Assembly (NCBI GenBank): GCA_965219575.1
Contig: OZ244779.1
Coordinates: 2,305,098-2,369,097, forward strand
Reading direction: 5' to 3'
Origin: Candidatus Oxydemutatoraceae bacterium
GTDB lineage: Bacteria > Pseudomonadota > Gammaproteobacteria > Poriferisulfidales > Oxydemutatoraceae
Length of the DNA stretch: 64,000 nucleotides
Shown here: piece by piece, positions 19,922-30,464 of the stretch
Layout: each line of letters opens with the position of its first letter
Position numbering within the stretch: the first letter of the stretch is position 1
Made by a program: the position numbers and the translations under genes
The notes under the pieces: model-generated
The model's database searches: none
Told to the model about the DNA's origin: nothing
The model's input: the letters and a program-made list of their open reading frames with translations, nothing else

Positions 19922-21144
19922 AAATCCAGCGATTCTAGTGCTGCAATATAACGCTGGGCAATATCCGTATATCGGCTTAAATAATTTTTCGCCGCTACGG
20001 CATTGTTCTTGTAGTAATCGGGTTGTTTGACGACATTTTCAAAAATATCCGCTAAGGCTCGTACATCGTCTACGATGATAAGCCCCCCCGTCTCGTTTAG
20101 TGCTTGCGCTTCTTCGACTATGTTATCCAGATAAAAACCGGTAACTTGAGGTGTGCCGAGTATCGCAGCTTCCAATATGTTGTGTCCGCCTTTATTAACC
20201 AACGACCCCCCTAAGAAAACCAAACGCGCGTGTTTAATCAGTTGCGGCAGTTGTCCTATGCGGTTGTATAAGATGATATCGCAGTCGCCGACCGCCCCGG
20301 CAGAATGATAATAATCGGCACGAATACGGTTGCCTTGCAAAGCATTTAATATTTTCTCCGCCCTTCGCGGATGACGCGGCGCAATCACCAGCACGCAGTC
20401 CCTTTTCTCTATTCGCTGCCATACTGCGGCGATTTGTAGTTCTTCGTCGTCGTGCGTAGAGGCGGCAAGGATATAAGGTCTGTTAATCAAATCCGGTAAT
20501 TGTTCGTCAAAACTCGCCGCATATTTGAGGTTGCCCACGGTTTTAATTTTCCACGGCGGTGCGCCCGCTCGTATATAAGTTTCTCTATCGCGTTCGGATT
20601 TCGCATAGATCGCTTTTAAGGGCATCATGCTTTGCTCGTAATAGCGACGTACCCACACATTTGCATTCGCAGTACGCTCGGACAAGCGCGCATTGATAAT
20701 CACGGTCGGAATACGAAGTTCGGCACAACGATGGAACAGGTTAAACCAGACTTCGGTCTCCATAATGAGTGCCGCTCGCGGCCGAAGTGTCTTCAAAAAA
20801 TGTTTTACCGGGAAGATGTAATCCAAAGGCAGGTAGCAATGCTGCATTCGATGCCGGGCTTCGGACTCGAATACTCGGGCGGAACTAATCGTAGTCGTCG
20901 TGACGAGTAGGCGATCTTCGGGATATTCGGCGAGCCACTGCTCGAGCAGAAGCAGTGCGGTGTTAAGCTCTCCGACCGAGGCGCAATGTACCCATAACGG
21001 TCGCTCGCGCAAAGCCGGTAGACACATGCCGAAACGTTGCAATATATAACGAAAGCTACGGTATCTAATCCCTACGATAACCGTATAAAGCAATAGTAGC
21101 GGAAAGATTGCCCACAATAAAAGCCGATAGGCTACGGCAATCAT
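19882..21144 (-). CDS. waaA: Kdo transferase
   Basis: WVHCASVGE, YLPLD, METE.W.N, NARLS, GNLK, ASTH, APRHP.R and GGSL...GGHNILE motifs. Confidence 0.96.
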   Translation of the reverse strand: MIAVAYRLLLWAIFPLLLLYTVIVGIRYRSFRYILQRFGMCLPALRERPLWVHCASVGELNTALLLLEQWLAEYPEDRLLVTTTTISSARVFESEARHRMQHCYLPLDYIFPVKHFLKTLRPRAALIMETEVWFNLFHRCAELRIPTVIINARLSERTANANVWVRRYYEQSMMPLKAIYAKSERDRETYIRAGAPPWKIKTVGNLKYAASFDEQLPDLINRPYILAASTHDDEELQIAAVWQRIEKRDCVLVIAPRHPRRAEKILNALQGNRIRADYYHSAGAVGDCDIILYNRIGQLPQLIKHARLVFLGGSLVNKGGHNILEAAILGTPQVTGFYLDNIVEEAQALNETGGLIIVDDVRALADIFENVVKQPDYYKNNAVAAKNYLSRYTDIAQRYIAALESLDFQPPPLMRGNTGE

Positions 21145-21171
21145 TCGGCTATGGTTTATTGCTTGCCGGCT

Positions 21172-22578
21172 TTAGCGCAACCATCGGTCGATTTGTTGTA
21201 TATCCTCTGCGGACAGTACGCCTGCTACCTTTTTTAGACCAATCGTATCGATGATGTAGCGATGACGCGCCATCATATAGTCGCGTTTCGCCGCAAATAA
21301 ATCTTCTACCGCAAGTAGCACATCTACCGAAGAACGCGTGCCTACGCTAAATCCGATTTCATTCGCCTCGTAAGCACTTTGTGCCGAGTCGACAGCACGC
21401 CTCAACGCCTGGGTCCGGCTGATACTCGCCAGCACATTCAAATACGACTCTTGTGCTTGTTGTTTGATAGTGCGATGTGTCTCTTCCGTTTGCTTTTGGC
21501 TTTCTAACGCAAACTGCGAGGCTTGTTTCACCCTATAGTGGGTCTCACCGCCTGCAAACAGCGGGATTTGCAGTTCCAGTCCTAACTCGGTGCCCCGTGC
21601 CGTTCTTTCACTCGGTGCATTACTTCCCATAATTTCATTTTCGTTGCGACGAGCATACGCGCCCAATGTCGGAAAGTGGTCGGCACGCTGTCGCCTCACC
21701 TCGTCCTTGGCAATATTGGTGGTCAGCTTTTGGGCAAGTAGCTCCGGATTTTGCTCGCTTGAGGTCTTGACCCAGGTGTCCATATTCTGCGGACTAGGAT
21801 AAACGATCGGTGCGTCTTCGGATAAGACTCTCAGTGCAGAGATATTCTCGTCGACGATGATTTGCAATTTGGATAGATTTACCGATAATTCGGTCTCGTC
21901 GGATATTTCGTCGGCAATCGTGAGATCGAAGGAGGCTTCGGCCTCTTTGACATCGGTGATTGTCGCAAGCCCGACCTCGAAGCGGGCGCGCGCCTGCTCT
22001 AGTTGCCGTTCTACCGCTTCTTTCTGCGCACGTGTGAATTCCAGCTGGGTCTGCGAGTCCAATACCATAAAATACGCTGCCGCAACACGCTCCAATAAAT
22101 CGTGTTCTGCCAATCGCAATTCAAGCTCTGCGCGCTGCGCCCTAGAACGGGATTGGGCTAGTTCTACATAGTGCTTTTTGTTGAATATTGACTGTTCGAG
22201 CGACAGTGTCATGTTTCGCCTTTGATAACTATAATTAGCTTCCTCCATAGGATTTCCCGGGCTACGCTCGTCAAAACCACGAACCTTTTCATCGTTGATT
22301 TTCGTACGATTTGTCCGCAACGAAATTTGTGGTAATAACCGAGCACGGCTGATCGACGGCTCTAGAATATTCGCCTCATAATTAGCCAGACTTGCCTGAT
22401 AACGCATGTCGTTTTTTGTTGCCATTCGATACAGTTCCGAGAGGCCGCGTTTTTCCGAGGCACGCACGTTTTCGAATTGAACAGTGTCTTGCGCATTGGC
22501 AACGGCGGTTAAAAATAAAATTGCAAAGAGTAAGCCGATTAAATATGCGAACGTTAAATTGTCGTTGTCTTCGTACAT
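21172..22578 (-). CDS. tolC: TolC family outer membrane protein
   Basis: Signal peptide; ARFEVGLATITDV.EA and GFSVGTRSSVDVL.A repeats; upstream of waaA. Confidence 0.92.
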   Translation of the reverse strand: MYEDNDNLTFAYLIGLLFAILFLTAVANAQDTVQFENVRASEKRGLSELYRMATKNDMRYQASLANYEANILEPSISRARLLPQISLRTNRTKINDEKVRGFDERSPGNPMEEANYSYQRRNMTLSLEQSIFNKKHYVELAQSRSRAQRAELELRLAEHDLLERVAAAYFMVLDSQTQLEFTRAQKEAVERQLEQARARFEVGLATITDVKEAEASFDLTIADEISDETELSVNLSKLQIIVDENISALRVLSEDAPIVYPSPQNMDTWVKTSSEQNPELLAQKLTTNIAKDEVRRQRADHFPTLGAYARRNENEIMGSNAPSERTARGTELGLELQIPLFAGGETHYRVKQASQFALESQKQTEETHRTIKQQAQESYLNVLASISRTQALRRAVDSAQSAYEANEIGFSVGTRSSVDVLLAVEDLFAAKRDYMMARHRYIIDTIGLKKVAGVLSAEDIQQIDRWLR

Positions 22579-22607
22579 CTGCTCCGTTCTATTTATAAGT
22601 TAATCTC

Positions 22608-22931
22608 TTATTCGTAAGTCGGCATGCTAGGGTCTATATCTTTAGCCCACGCATCGATGCCACCTTTGAGGTTGATTACTTTTTTGAATCCATGTTTCTC
22701 CATATACAATCCTGCCGCACGACTACGTATGCCGTGATGACAAATGACGACTATTTCGGCATCTCGATTTAATTTACCTATCTGCTCCGGCAGCTCCGAC
22801 ATCGGTATCAACTCGGAATCGGGCAAATGCACGATATCGTATTCCCACTGCTCGCGTACATCTATCAATACGGGCGGTTTATTTGCTTCGCCGATATAAG
22901 TTTTCAGTTCTTTAGGATATAGTTCGTTCAT
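22608..22931 (-). CDS. Single-domain rhodanese-like sulfurtransferase
   Basis: LIDVREQWE, CHHGIRS and NLKGGIDAW...DP.MP.Y motifs. Confidence 0.92.
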   Translation of the reverse strand: MNELYPKELKTYIGEANKPPVLIDVREQWEYDIVHLPDSELIPMSELPEQIGKLNRDAEIVVICHHGIRSRAAGLYMEKHGFKKVINLKGGIDAWAKDIDPSMPTYE

Positions 22932-23005
22932 AAATTAAAAAGTATATTTTAACCATAAATTAATAAATCGATACGATGTTTATTCAACCGCAGTGTAAGC
23001 CACAA

Positions 23006-23053
23006 ATAGAACCGCCGAGTGAAACCGCCGAGTGAACCGGTAGGTCAATCGGC
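23006..23053 (+). repeat. Family C palindromic repeat with an internal duplication
   Basis: atagaaccgccgagtgaaaccgccgagtgaaccggtaggtcaatcggc. Related copies near 8663, 9036, 26470 and 32983 (reverse). Confidence 0.8.
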
Positions 23054-23195
23054 GTCACGCTCTACAAAATATAAACATGGGGCTGATGAAAAAGTATCCA
23101 CGAACCGTAGGGGCGGACTAGCATGATGCCTTATTAAAAATCAAGTCATTTTATTCATTTTTTATCTCCGTTTTATATTTTTCCTGAGTATCGAT

Positions 23196-24182
23196 TTAGG
23201 ACGCAGATGCGCAACAATAATTCGGGTCAAACGGCTTCCTGTATCTGAGTATCCCGTAAATAATACGTGCCAGCTTATGGGCGCAAGCAACAATAATCTG
23301 CTTTTTAGTTAACTCCGGACGCCGCCGACTTAATTGGTCGGCAAAGGCACGGATGATTGGGTTATGAACCCGTGCCGAGAGTGCCGCCATAAACAGCAGG
23401 GTGCGCAGTTCGGCATCGCCCATTTTAGAGATATGCGCCTTCGCCTCGTAGTTGCCGGACTGCCGGTGCCTTGGGTTGAGACCGACATAGACTGCGAATT
23501 GCTCTGCGTTATCAAATGTCTTATCATTGAAAACAGCACACAGGGCAATCGCTGTCTGAGTGCCGATGCCGGTAATGGAACACAGCAACTGCTCAAGCTC
23601 TGCGAGTTGCTCGTCTTGAGCGATAATTTGCTCCATTTCGGCATCCTGCTTAGCAATCTGTTTGTCAAAGTATCTCAGGTTCTCAGCTGCTCGTTTTTTT
23701 TGCCTTGCATCGCATAAGGTTTTCATACAATTACTTAACCCGGTATGATCTTTGACTAATTGCCTGCGCACTTTTCGTGCATCTCTCAAGGCGAGTGCAG
23801 TCGGCGACGGCATTTGCCAATCTTTACCGTCAACAGCGAATGCGAACAGTGCGATGAGCCGCGCATCATCGCGATCGGTTTTATTGTGCATACCAAGCGA
23901 TTGGCGGAAGCTGGCAACCTGCGCCGGTTTGACAATCCTAATCGGATGTTGCGCCAGATAGCCGGCTTTGCACAGGGCGAACTCAAAACCGCCGGTGGCT
24001 TCAACACAGATGCGACAGTGCGGTGCGCAGTGTTTGCTAGCCCAAGCTAACAGCTGCTTAATGCCTTTAGCATCATTGCTAAATTGTGCCTCGGCAAAAC
24101 TATTATCGGTGAATAATAGAGCGGCCTCTAAAGTGTCTTTAGAGACATCCACGCCGATTATGGCAGGGTGTTTGTTTTCCAT
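23196..24182 (-). CDS. IS110 family DEDD recombinase/transposase
   Basis: GVDVSKD, VEATG and KTDRDDA (DEDD); SITGIG..TA, GLNP.HRQSG (catalytic Ser) and ISK.G...LR..L.MAA, HKLARI. ATG 24182 has a GGAGG RBS; the track starts at 24197. Confidence 0.96.
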   Translation of the reverse strand: MENKHPAIIGVDVSKDTLEAALLFTDNSFAEAQFSNDAKGIKQLLAWASKHCAPHCRICVEATGGFEFALCKAGYLAQHPIRIVKPAQVASFRQSLGMHNKTDRDDARLIALFAFAVDGKDWQMPSPTALALRDARKVRRQLVKDHTGLSNCMKTLCDARQKKRAAENLRYFDKQIAKQDAEMEQIIAQDEQLAELEQLLCSITGIGTQTAIALCAVFNDKTFDNAEQFAVYVGLNPRHRQSGNYEAKAHISKMGDAELRTLLFMAALSARVHNPIIRAFADQLSRRRPELTKKQIIVACAHKLARIIYGILRYRKPFDPNYCCASAS

Positions 24183-24234
24183 AATAATATCCTCCATTAT
24201 GGTTGTTCAGTGAATAAAATACTCGGTAGCCAGT

Positions 24235-24436
24235 TCAGGAAAGTATGACTACGCCGCCCACACAGGTAAATACGAGATCTAAAGTCTCAAGCTGCCTTCC
24301 GAGCTCTATAGTCATAGCGCCGGAGGAGTGCTTTTCATGCTAACAGGCTTTAATGCCTCGTCCGTCCTGCGGCGTGTCTCCTCCGACTTCCTAGGTACTG
24401 CAACTACCTAAGCATTTATCTTATATAAATAAGCTA
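24235..24436 (-). ncRNA. Predicted IS110 bridge RNA (5' hairpin, target-binding loop, donor-binding loop)
   Basis: Stems CGGAGGAG/CTCCTCCG and TATGACTA/TAGTCATA enclose guides GGACGGAC + TAGCATG (target GGGCGGA-CA-TGCTA) and AAGGCAGC + TACCTG (donor AAGGCAT-CA-GGTA). RNA ends are approximate. Confidence 0.85.
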
Positions 24437-24442
24437 GGGTTT

Positions 24443-24448
24443 AATATA
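24443..24448 (-). promoter_or_regulatory. -10 box (TATATT) of the IS110 circle-junction promoter; its -35 (TTGATT) is at 23139-23144
   Basis: Joining the element ends through one CA core gives TTGATT-tttaataaggcatcagg-TATATT, a spacer of exactly 17 bp. Confidence 0.8.
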
Positions 24449-24450
24449 CC

Positions 24451-24540
24451 TGTCCGCCCGTAGCGCGTTGGTCGGCACGATTTATACATTCATTCATCCA
24501 ATTTATGGAAACCAAAACCATACGGCGCAAGCGGTTGGGT
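24451..24540. repeat. Right half of the interrupted REP plus conserved REP-spacer module
   Basis: gcacgatttatacattcattcatccaatttatggaaaccaaaaccatacggcgcaagcggtt is the reverse complement of 17646-17707 and is similar to 8840-8895. Confidence 0.85.
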
Positions 24541-24596
24541 TTGCCCTCATAGATTGAAATGTTTAAGCCTATATCTTGCACATAAACCGGCATTAG

Positions 24597-26468
<1,872 letters not shown>

Positions 26469-26469
26469 A

Positions 26470-26713
26470 ATCGCCGATTGGGCCGGTAGGTCAATCGGCA
26501 TGACAGTGTATAGAATAGTGCAGATACGACGGGACTGTTGAAAAAGTATTTCATACAATGTAGGGGCGGGCGGACATGTAAGTCCGCCCCTACGGCTTGG
26601 TGGTTATTATAAATTCACGGCGCAAGCGGTTGGTGTTGTGCGATGTCCGCACTTTTTCAACAGCCCTACGCCACAACCACCCCGTCAGGCTTCGCTCTCC
26701 ACAGGAGGGGAAT
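26470..26713. repeat. Composite repeat: family C, then TIR element (26532-26666) with a REP, then family B
   Basis: gccgattgggccggtaggtcaatcggc; ggactgttgaaaaagt...actttttcaacagccc; gggcggacatgtaagtccgcccctac; aaccaccccgtcaggcttcgctctccacaggaggggaat. Confidence 0.85.
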
Positions 26714-26717
26714 GTAT

Positions 26718-28622
26718 ATGAAACTAATTTATAAAACCATACTGCTTGCCGTTTCGGTATTCATGATACCGGTGGCAGCCGATGAAATACCGACCGAGGT
26801 GATGGTTGTCACCGCGAAAAGATTGCCTACCGACACCGACCGCCTGAGCGGTAGCGTGAGTGTGATTACTGCCGAACAGATAGAACGCCGACAATATCAA
26901 GTACTCGGCGATGCCCTGCGCGATATTCCCGGTTTATCGGCACCTCCGTTGGGCGGTGTGGGCGCGCAAACTTCGGTCTTTATACGCGGTACCGAATCCG
27001 ACCATGTTCTAATCCTGATAGACGGTGTAGAAGTCACCGACCCTGCGGCAGGCAATCGCTACGAGTTCTCGCAGCTTTCGCTGAACGGCGTGGCACGCAT
27101 AGAAGTACTACGCGGTAATTACAGTGCCGAATACGGTTCCGAAGCACTCGGCGGCATCATCAATATCATCACCCGAACACCGACGCAGAACGACATCTAC
27201 GCTCAAGTCGAAGCAGGTTCTTTTGATAGACATTCTGCAACGATCGATATAGATGCGGTTTATAAATCATTGGATTTTTCATTGAGCGGCAGATATTTCG
27301 AGACCGACGGGGAAAGTTTTCTGGCCGACCGCCTACGACTGCGCGATGTCTGTGCAATTCAAGACGAAGAGCGCGACGGCTATAGAAACAGCAATGTCAA
27401 AATCAACGCAGGCTTATTGCTAATCCCCGAAACCGATACCAAGCTGACGATAAAATCGGAATATAGTCAAGCCGACTTGGAATATGACCGTGACTTTGTG
27501 GACCCTGACTTTCCTTTCTGCGAAGATCCAAAAACCGAACAATCGTCCTATACGAAACGGACGACATTCGCGCTTTCGGGAAATTATTTTGACGGGATAT
27601 GGAGTCCGACATGGCGCATGGATTATTATCAACGCGATAGCCGCGACACGGCAAGCCCCCAAAATAAAGGCGAGCGTTTCAAACTTAACTGGCACAATGT
27701 GTGGCAACCGCGCCCGAACTTGGATATGGCATTCGGCGTAGAAACCGAACTGGAACAAGCGCACACCGACGAAGACTTTGACGCAAGCGCACGCACCAAC
27801 GCATTCTATACCGAACTGCGCTACACGCCGACACCCGATTGGCATTTGAATGTGGGCTGGCGCAACGACGACTCCGACGACTTCGCTAGCGAGCGTAGCT
27901 ATCAATTAGGCACGGTACTACATGCAAACCTGAATACACGACTACACCTCAATTACGCGACCGCCTTTAGATCACCTTCGTTGATAGATCGTTTTGGAGG
28001 TTACTCGGGTTTTTCGGCAAACCCGAACTTAAAACCCGAAACCAGCCGCAGCTGGGAAGCGGGTATAGAACAAAACTGGCTACGATGGCGATATGGTTTC
28101 ACTTATTTCAACACCGAAATCAATGATTTAATCGATCTTCATATCAGGACTGTTTTTGACCCGGATCGCAGATTTATATTCATACCCATTAATATAAATC
28201 AAGCACATATAGACGGATTAGAGAGCTTTATCGCGTTTCGAGCGGACGAAACGCTTGCCGCGCGGCTGGATTACACCCAAACCAGTGCCTACGATCAATC
28301 TAATCGAAGACTACTTAGAAGACCGTTGCGCCAAGCTGTTTTATCTGTAGACTACGACCCCGACGAGGGCATGCTGTCGGGTTGGTCTTTCGATATGACC
28401 TTGAACTACAGGGGACCGCAACGCGATGGGGAAAGAATAAATTTCCCAAATACTATAAACAAAGGCGGTTATACCCTCGCCAACTTGAATCTAAACTATA
28501 CGATCAACGATCGCCTGAAACTCTACGGCGGCATCAACAACCTATTCGATAAATCGCACGAACCTGCAGACGGCTACCGAGGCACCGGCATTAACGCACA
28601 TATCGGGTTATCACTAAGATAA
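26718..28622 (+). CDS. TonB-dependent receptor, BtuB-like
   Basis: Signal peptide from MKLIYKTILLAV, TonB box-like VMVVTAKR, plug FIRGTESDHVLILIDGV, IEVLRG...YGSEALGG.INIIT, NPNLKPE, RRP and NNLFDK. The track's N-terminal extension is repeat DNA. Substrate uncertain. Confidence 0.88.
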   Translation: MKLIYKTILLAVSVFMIPVAADEIPTEVMVVTAKRLPTDTDRLSGSVSVITAEQIERRQYQVLGDALRDIPGLSAPPLGGVGAQTSVFIRGTESDHVLILIDGVEVTDPAAGNRYEFSQLSLNGVARIEVLRGNYSAEYGSEALGGIINIITRTPTQNDIYAQVEAGSFDRHSATIDIDAVYKSLDFSLSGRYFETDGESFLADRLRLRDVCAIQDEERDGYRNSNVKINAGLLLIPETDTKLTIKSEYSQADLEYDRDFVDPDFPFCEDPKTEQSSYTKRTTFALSGNYFDGIWSPTWRMDYYQRDSRDTASPQNKGERFKLNWHNVWQPRPNLDMAFGVETELEQAHTDEDFDASARTNAFYTELRYTPTPDWHLNVGWRNDDSDDFASERSYQLGTVLHANLNTRLHLNYATAFRSPSLIDRFGGYSGFSANPNLKPETSRSWEAGIEQNWLRWRYGFTYFNTEINDLIDLHIRTVFDPDRRFIFIPININQAHIDGLESFIAFRADETLAARLDYTQTSAYDQSNRRLLRRPLRQAVLSVDYDPDEGMLSGWSFDMTLNYRGPQRDGERINFPNTINKGGYTLANLNLNYTINDRLKLYGGINNLFDKSHEPADGYRGTGINAHIGLSLR

Positions 28623-28661
28623 CGACGCAAACCACCGTTAGGAGCAAGCGACAATCTACTA

Positions 28662-28670
28662 TGTTATAAT
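28662..28670 (+). promoter_or_regulatory. Candidate extended -10 promoter (TGnTATAAT) for the cytochrome c gene
   Basis: tgttataat about 55 bp upstream of ATG 28724. Confidence 0.5.
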
Positions 28671-28723
28671 CAGCATCATAGCTTAAATGATATAAATACC
28701 TTGATTAACATTTTATAAACGAT

Positions 28724-29209
28724 ATGAAAGACAGTGAATTTATAAATTATTTTATGGTTGTGTTAGGTGTGCTGATTGCGATTACCGTAATCCTACTGGT
28801 GCTGGCTAACAACTTAGCCGCTCGCCAAGAAATAATGGATGTTGCAATGCTCAAGAGTACTAAAGAGCGCATCGCACCTATAGGCCAAGTCAATATAGGA
28901 AATGTTCCCGCACCGAAGGCATCCGCGACCGATGCCGGAGGCGAAGCCACGGCGGTTGCTTTTAGTCCCGAAGGCGTTTATCAATCGGTATGTCATACCT
29001 GCCACGGCACGGGTGTGCTGGAGTCGCCGCGTATAGACGACACTGCCGAATGGAAGAAGCGCTTAGCGGAAGGCTTGGACACCGTCTACCAGAAAGCGAT
29101 ACAAGGGGTCGGCAACATGCCGGCTAAAGGTGGACGCACCGATCTCTCGGATCAAAACTTCAAAAAAATTGTAGATTACATGCTAAAGCAATCCGGTGCC
29201 TCTTCCTAA
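28724..29209 (+). CDS. Membrane-anchored cytochrome c5 family protein
   Basis: N-terminal TM helix, RIAPIGQV, CHTCH heme motif and MPAKGG axial Met. Confidence 0.92.
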   Translation: MKDSEFINYFMVVLGVLIAITVILLVLANNLAARQEIMDVAMLKSTKERIAPIGQVNIGNVPAPKASATDAGGEATAVAFSPEGVYQSVCHTCHGTGVLESPRIDDTAEWKKRLAEGLDTVYQKAIQGVGNMPAKGGRTDLSDQNFKKIVDYMLKQSGASS

Positions 29210-29289
29210 ACATTGAAAAGCAAGGAAATATAAACAGAGATATCACAACCATAAATATCAATAAGAAAGAACAAAAGAAGGTCGGGTAG

Positions 29290-30453
29290 ATGCTAAGCGA
29301 TAAGTATAGAAACCTTCAATTAAAGATTAATTTCGAATCGTTTCTGAGTAAACATCTTGACAGTGGCATCGACACATTAAACTCCGTTTTCCGACCGGAT
29401 GATTTTTTTGTTTCTCGAAACAACGAAGGGCTGGATATTTGGCTACGAGAAATTAATTTATCCTCTCTAGAATGTCTTTTGACATCTCAAAAATCGGAAC
29501 AAACAAAAGAGCTATTCAAATTAATTTATGATGAAATATCAAAAATTCGAAGTTATGGAATCAAAGGAAACAAAAGATTATATGTTGGTTACAATAAGGA
29601 ACGTAAGGTCTTTCAAAGAAAAAACAAAGAGATCCGCAGAGGGAAGCATTATTATGCAAACGACAATACATTTGAAATACACTCAAATCAACTTCCGACC
29701 GAATACGAGAATCAAATCATTTGTGGGGATAGCCATGAAATCCTCAAAAAACTGCCCGACAGTTGTATTGACTTAGTATTTACCTCACCGCCCTATAATT
29801 TTGGATTAGACTACGAAACTTCGGATGATGCGATCGACTGGGATGGGTATTTTAATAAACTATTTGTAATCCTCGACGAATGCATACGAGTATTGAAATA
29901 CGGCGGCAGATTAGTTATAAATGTGCAACCGTTATTCTCCGATTACATACCGAGCCATCACATAATCTCAACCCATTTGATGAATCGGAAAATGATTTGG
30001 AAAGGTGAGATTTTATGGGAAAAAAACAATTACAACTGCAAATATACCGCATGGGGTAGTTGGAAGAGCCCTTCAAGTCCGTATCTGAAATACACCTGGG
30101 AGTTCGTCGAAGTATTCTGCAAAGGAAGTCTGAAAAAAACCGGCAAGTCCTCCGATGCCGATATAGACACGGATTCATTCAAGGAATGGGTTGTCGCAAA
30201 ATGGTCCATCGCGCCTGAGCGTAATATGAGGAAATTTCAACATCCTGCTATGTATCCGGTTGAACTTGCAAGAAGAGTGATTCTGCTTTTTAGTTTTCGA
30301 AACGATATTGTTTTAGATCCATTCAATGGTGCCGGAACGACCTGTGTGGCAGCAAATGCCCACAACAGAACCTATTTAGGCATTGATGTATCCCAAAAAT
30401 ACTGCGACATGTCAAAATCTCGATTATCAAGGCAAAATCCGCTGTTAATTTAA
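29290..30453 (+). CDS. Beta-class amino (N4-C/N6-A) DNA methyltransferase
   Basis: TSPPY (motif IV) precedes HPAMYP and LDPFNGAGTT (motif I); long N-terminal extension. Confidence 0.92.
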   Translation: MLSDKYRNLQLKINFESFLSKHLDSGIDTLNSVFRPDDFFVSRNNEGLDIWLREINLSSLECLLTSQKSEQTKELFKLIYDEISKIRSYGIKGNKRLYVGYNKERKVFQRKNKEIRRGKHYYANDNTFEIHSNQLPTEYENQIICGDSHEILKKLPDSCIDLVFTSPPYNFGLDYETSDDAIDWDGYFNKLFVILDECIRVLKYGGRLVINVQPLFSDYIPSHHIISTHLMNRKMIWKGEILWEKNNYNCKYTAWGSWKSPSSPYLKYTWEFVEVFCKGSLKKTGKSSDADIDTDSFKEWVVAKWSIAPERNMRKFQHPAMYPVELARRVILLFSFRNDIVLDPFNGAGTTCVAANAHNRTYLGIDVSQKYCDMSKSRLSRQNPLLI

Positions 30454-30464
30454 TTGACATATTA

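Larger units (their letters stand above)
23126..24450 (-). mobile_element. IS110-family (IS621-like) insertion sequence inserted into a REP palindrome, with a duplicated 2-bp core (TG on +, CA on -)
   Basis: Flanks gtaggggcggactagca[TG] (23107-23125) and [TG]tccgccc (24451-24459) rejoin into an intact REP. No terminal inverted repeats; long non-coding end upstream of the recombinase. Confidence 0.93.

Noticed and set aside
24505-24552. Recurrent micro-ORF MET(K/I)..(R/W)RKRL in the REP spacer, as a peptide or MNIO precursor
   Set aside because: Copies differ in length, one has an internal stop, and there is no RBS, signal peptide or conserved Cys; better explained as non-coding repeat conservation.
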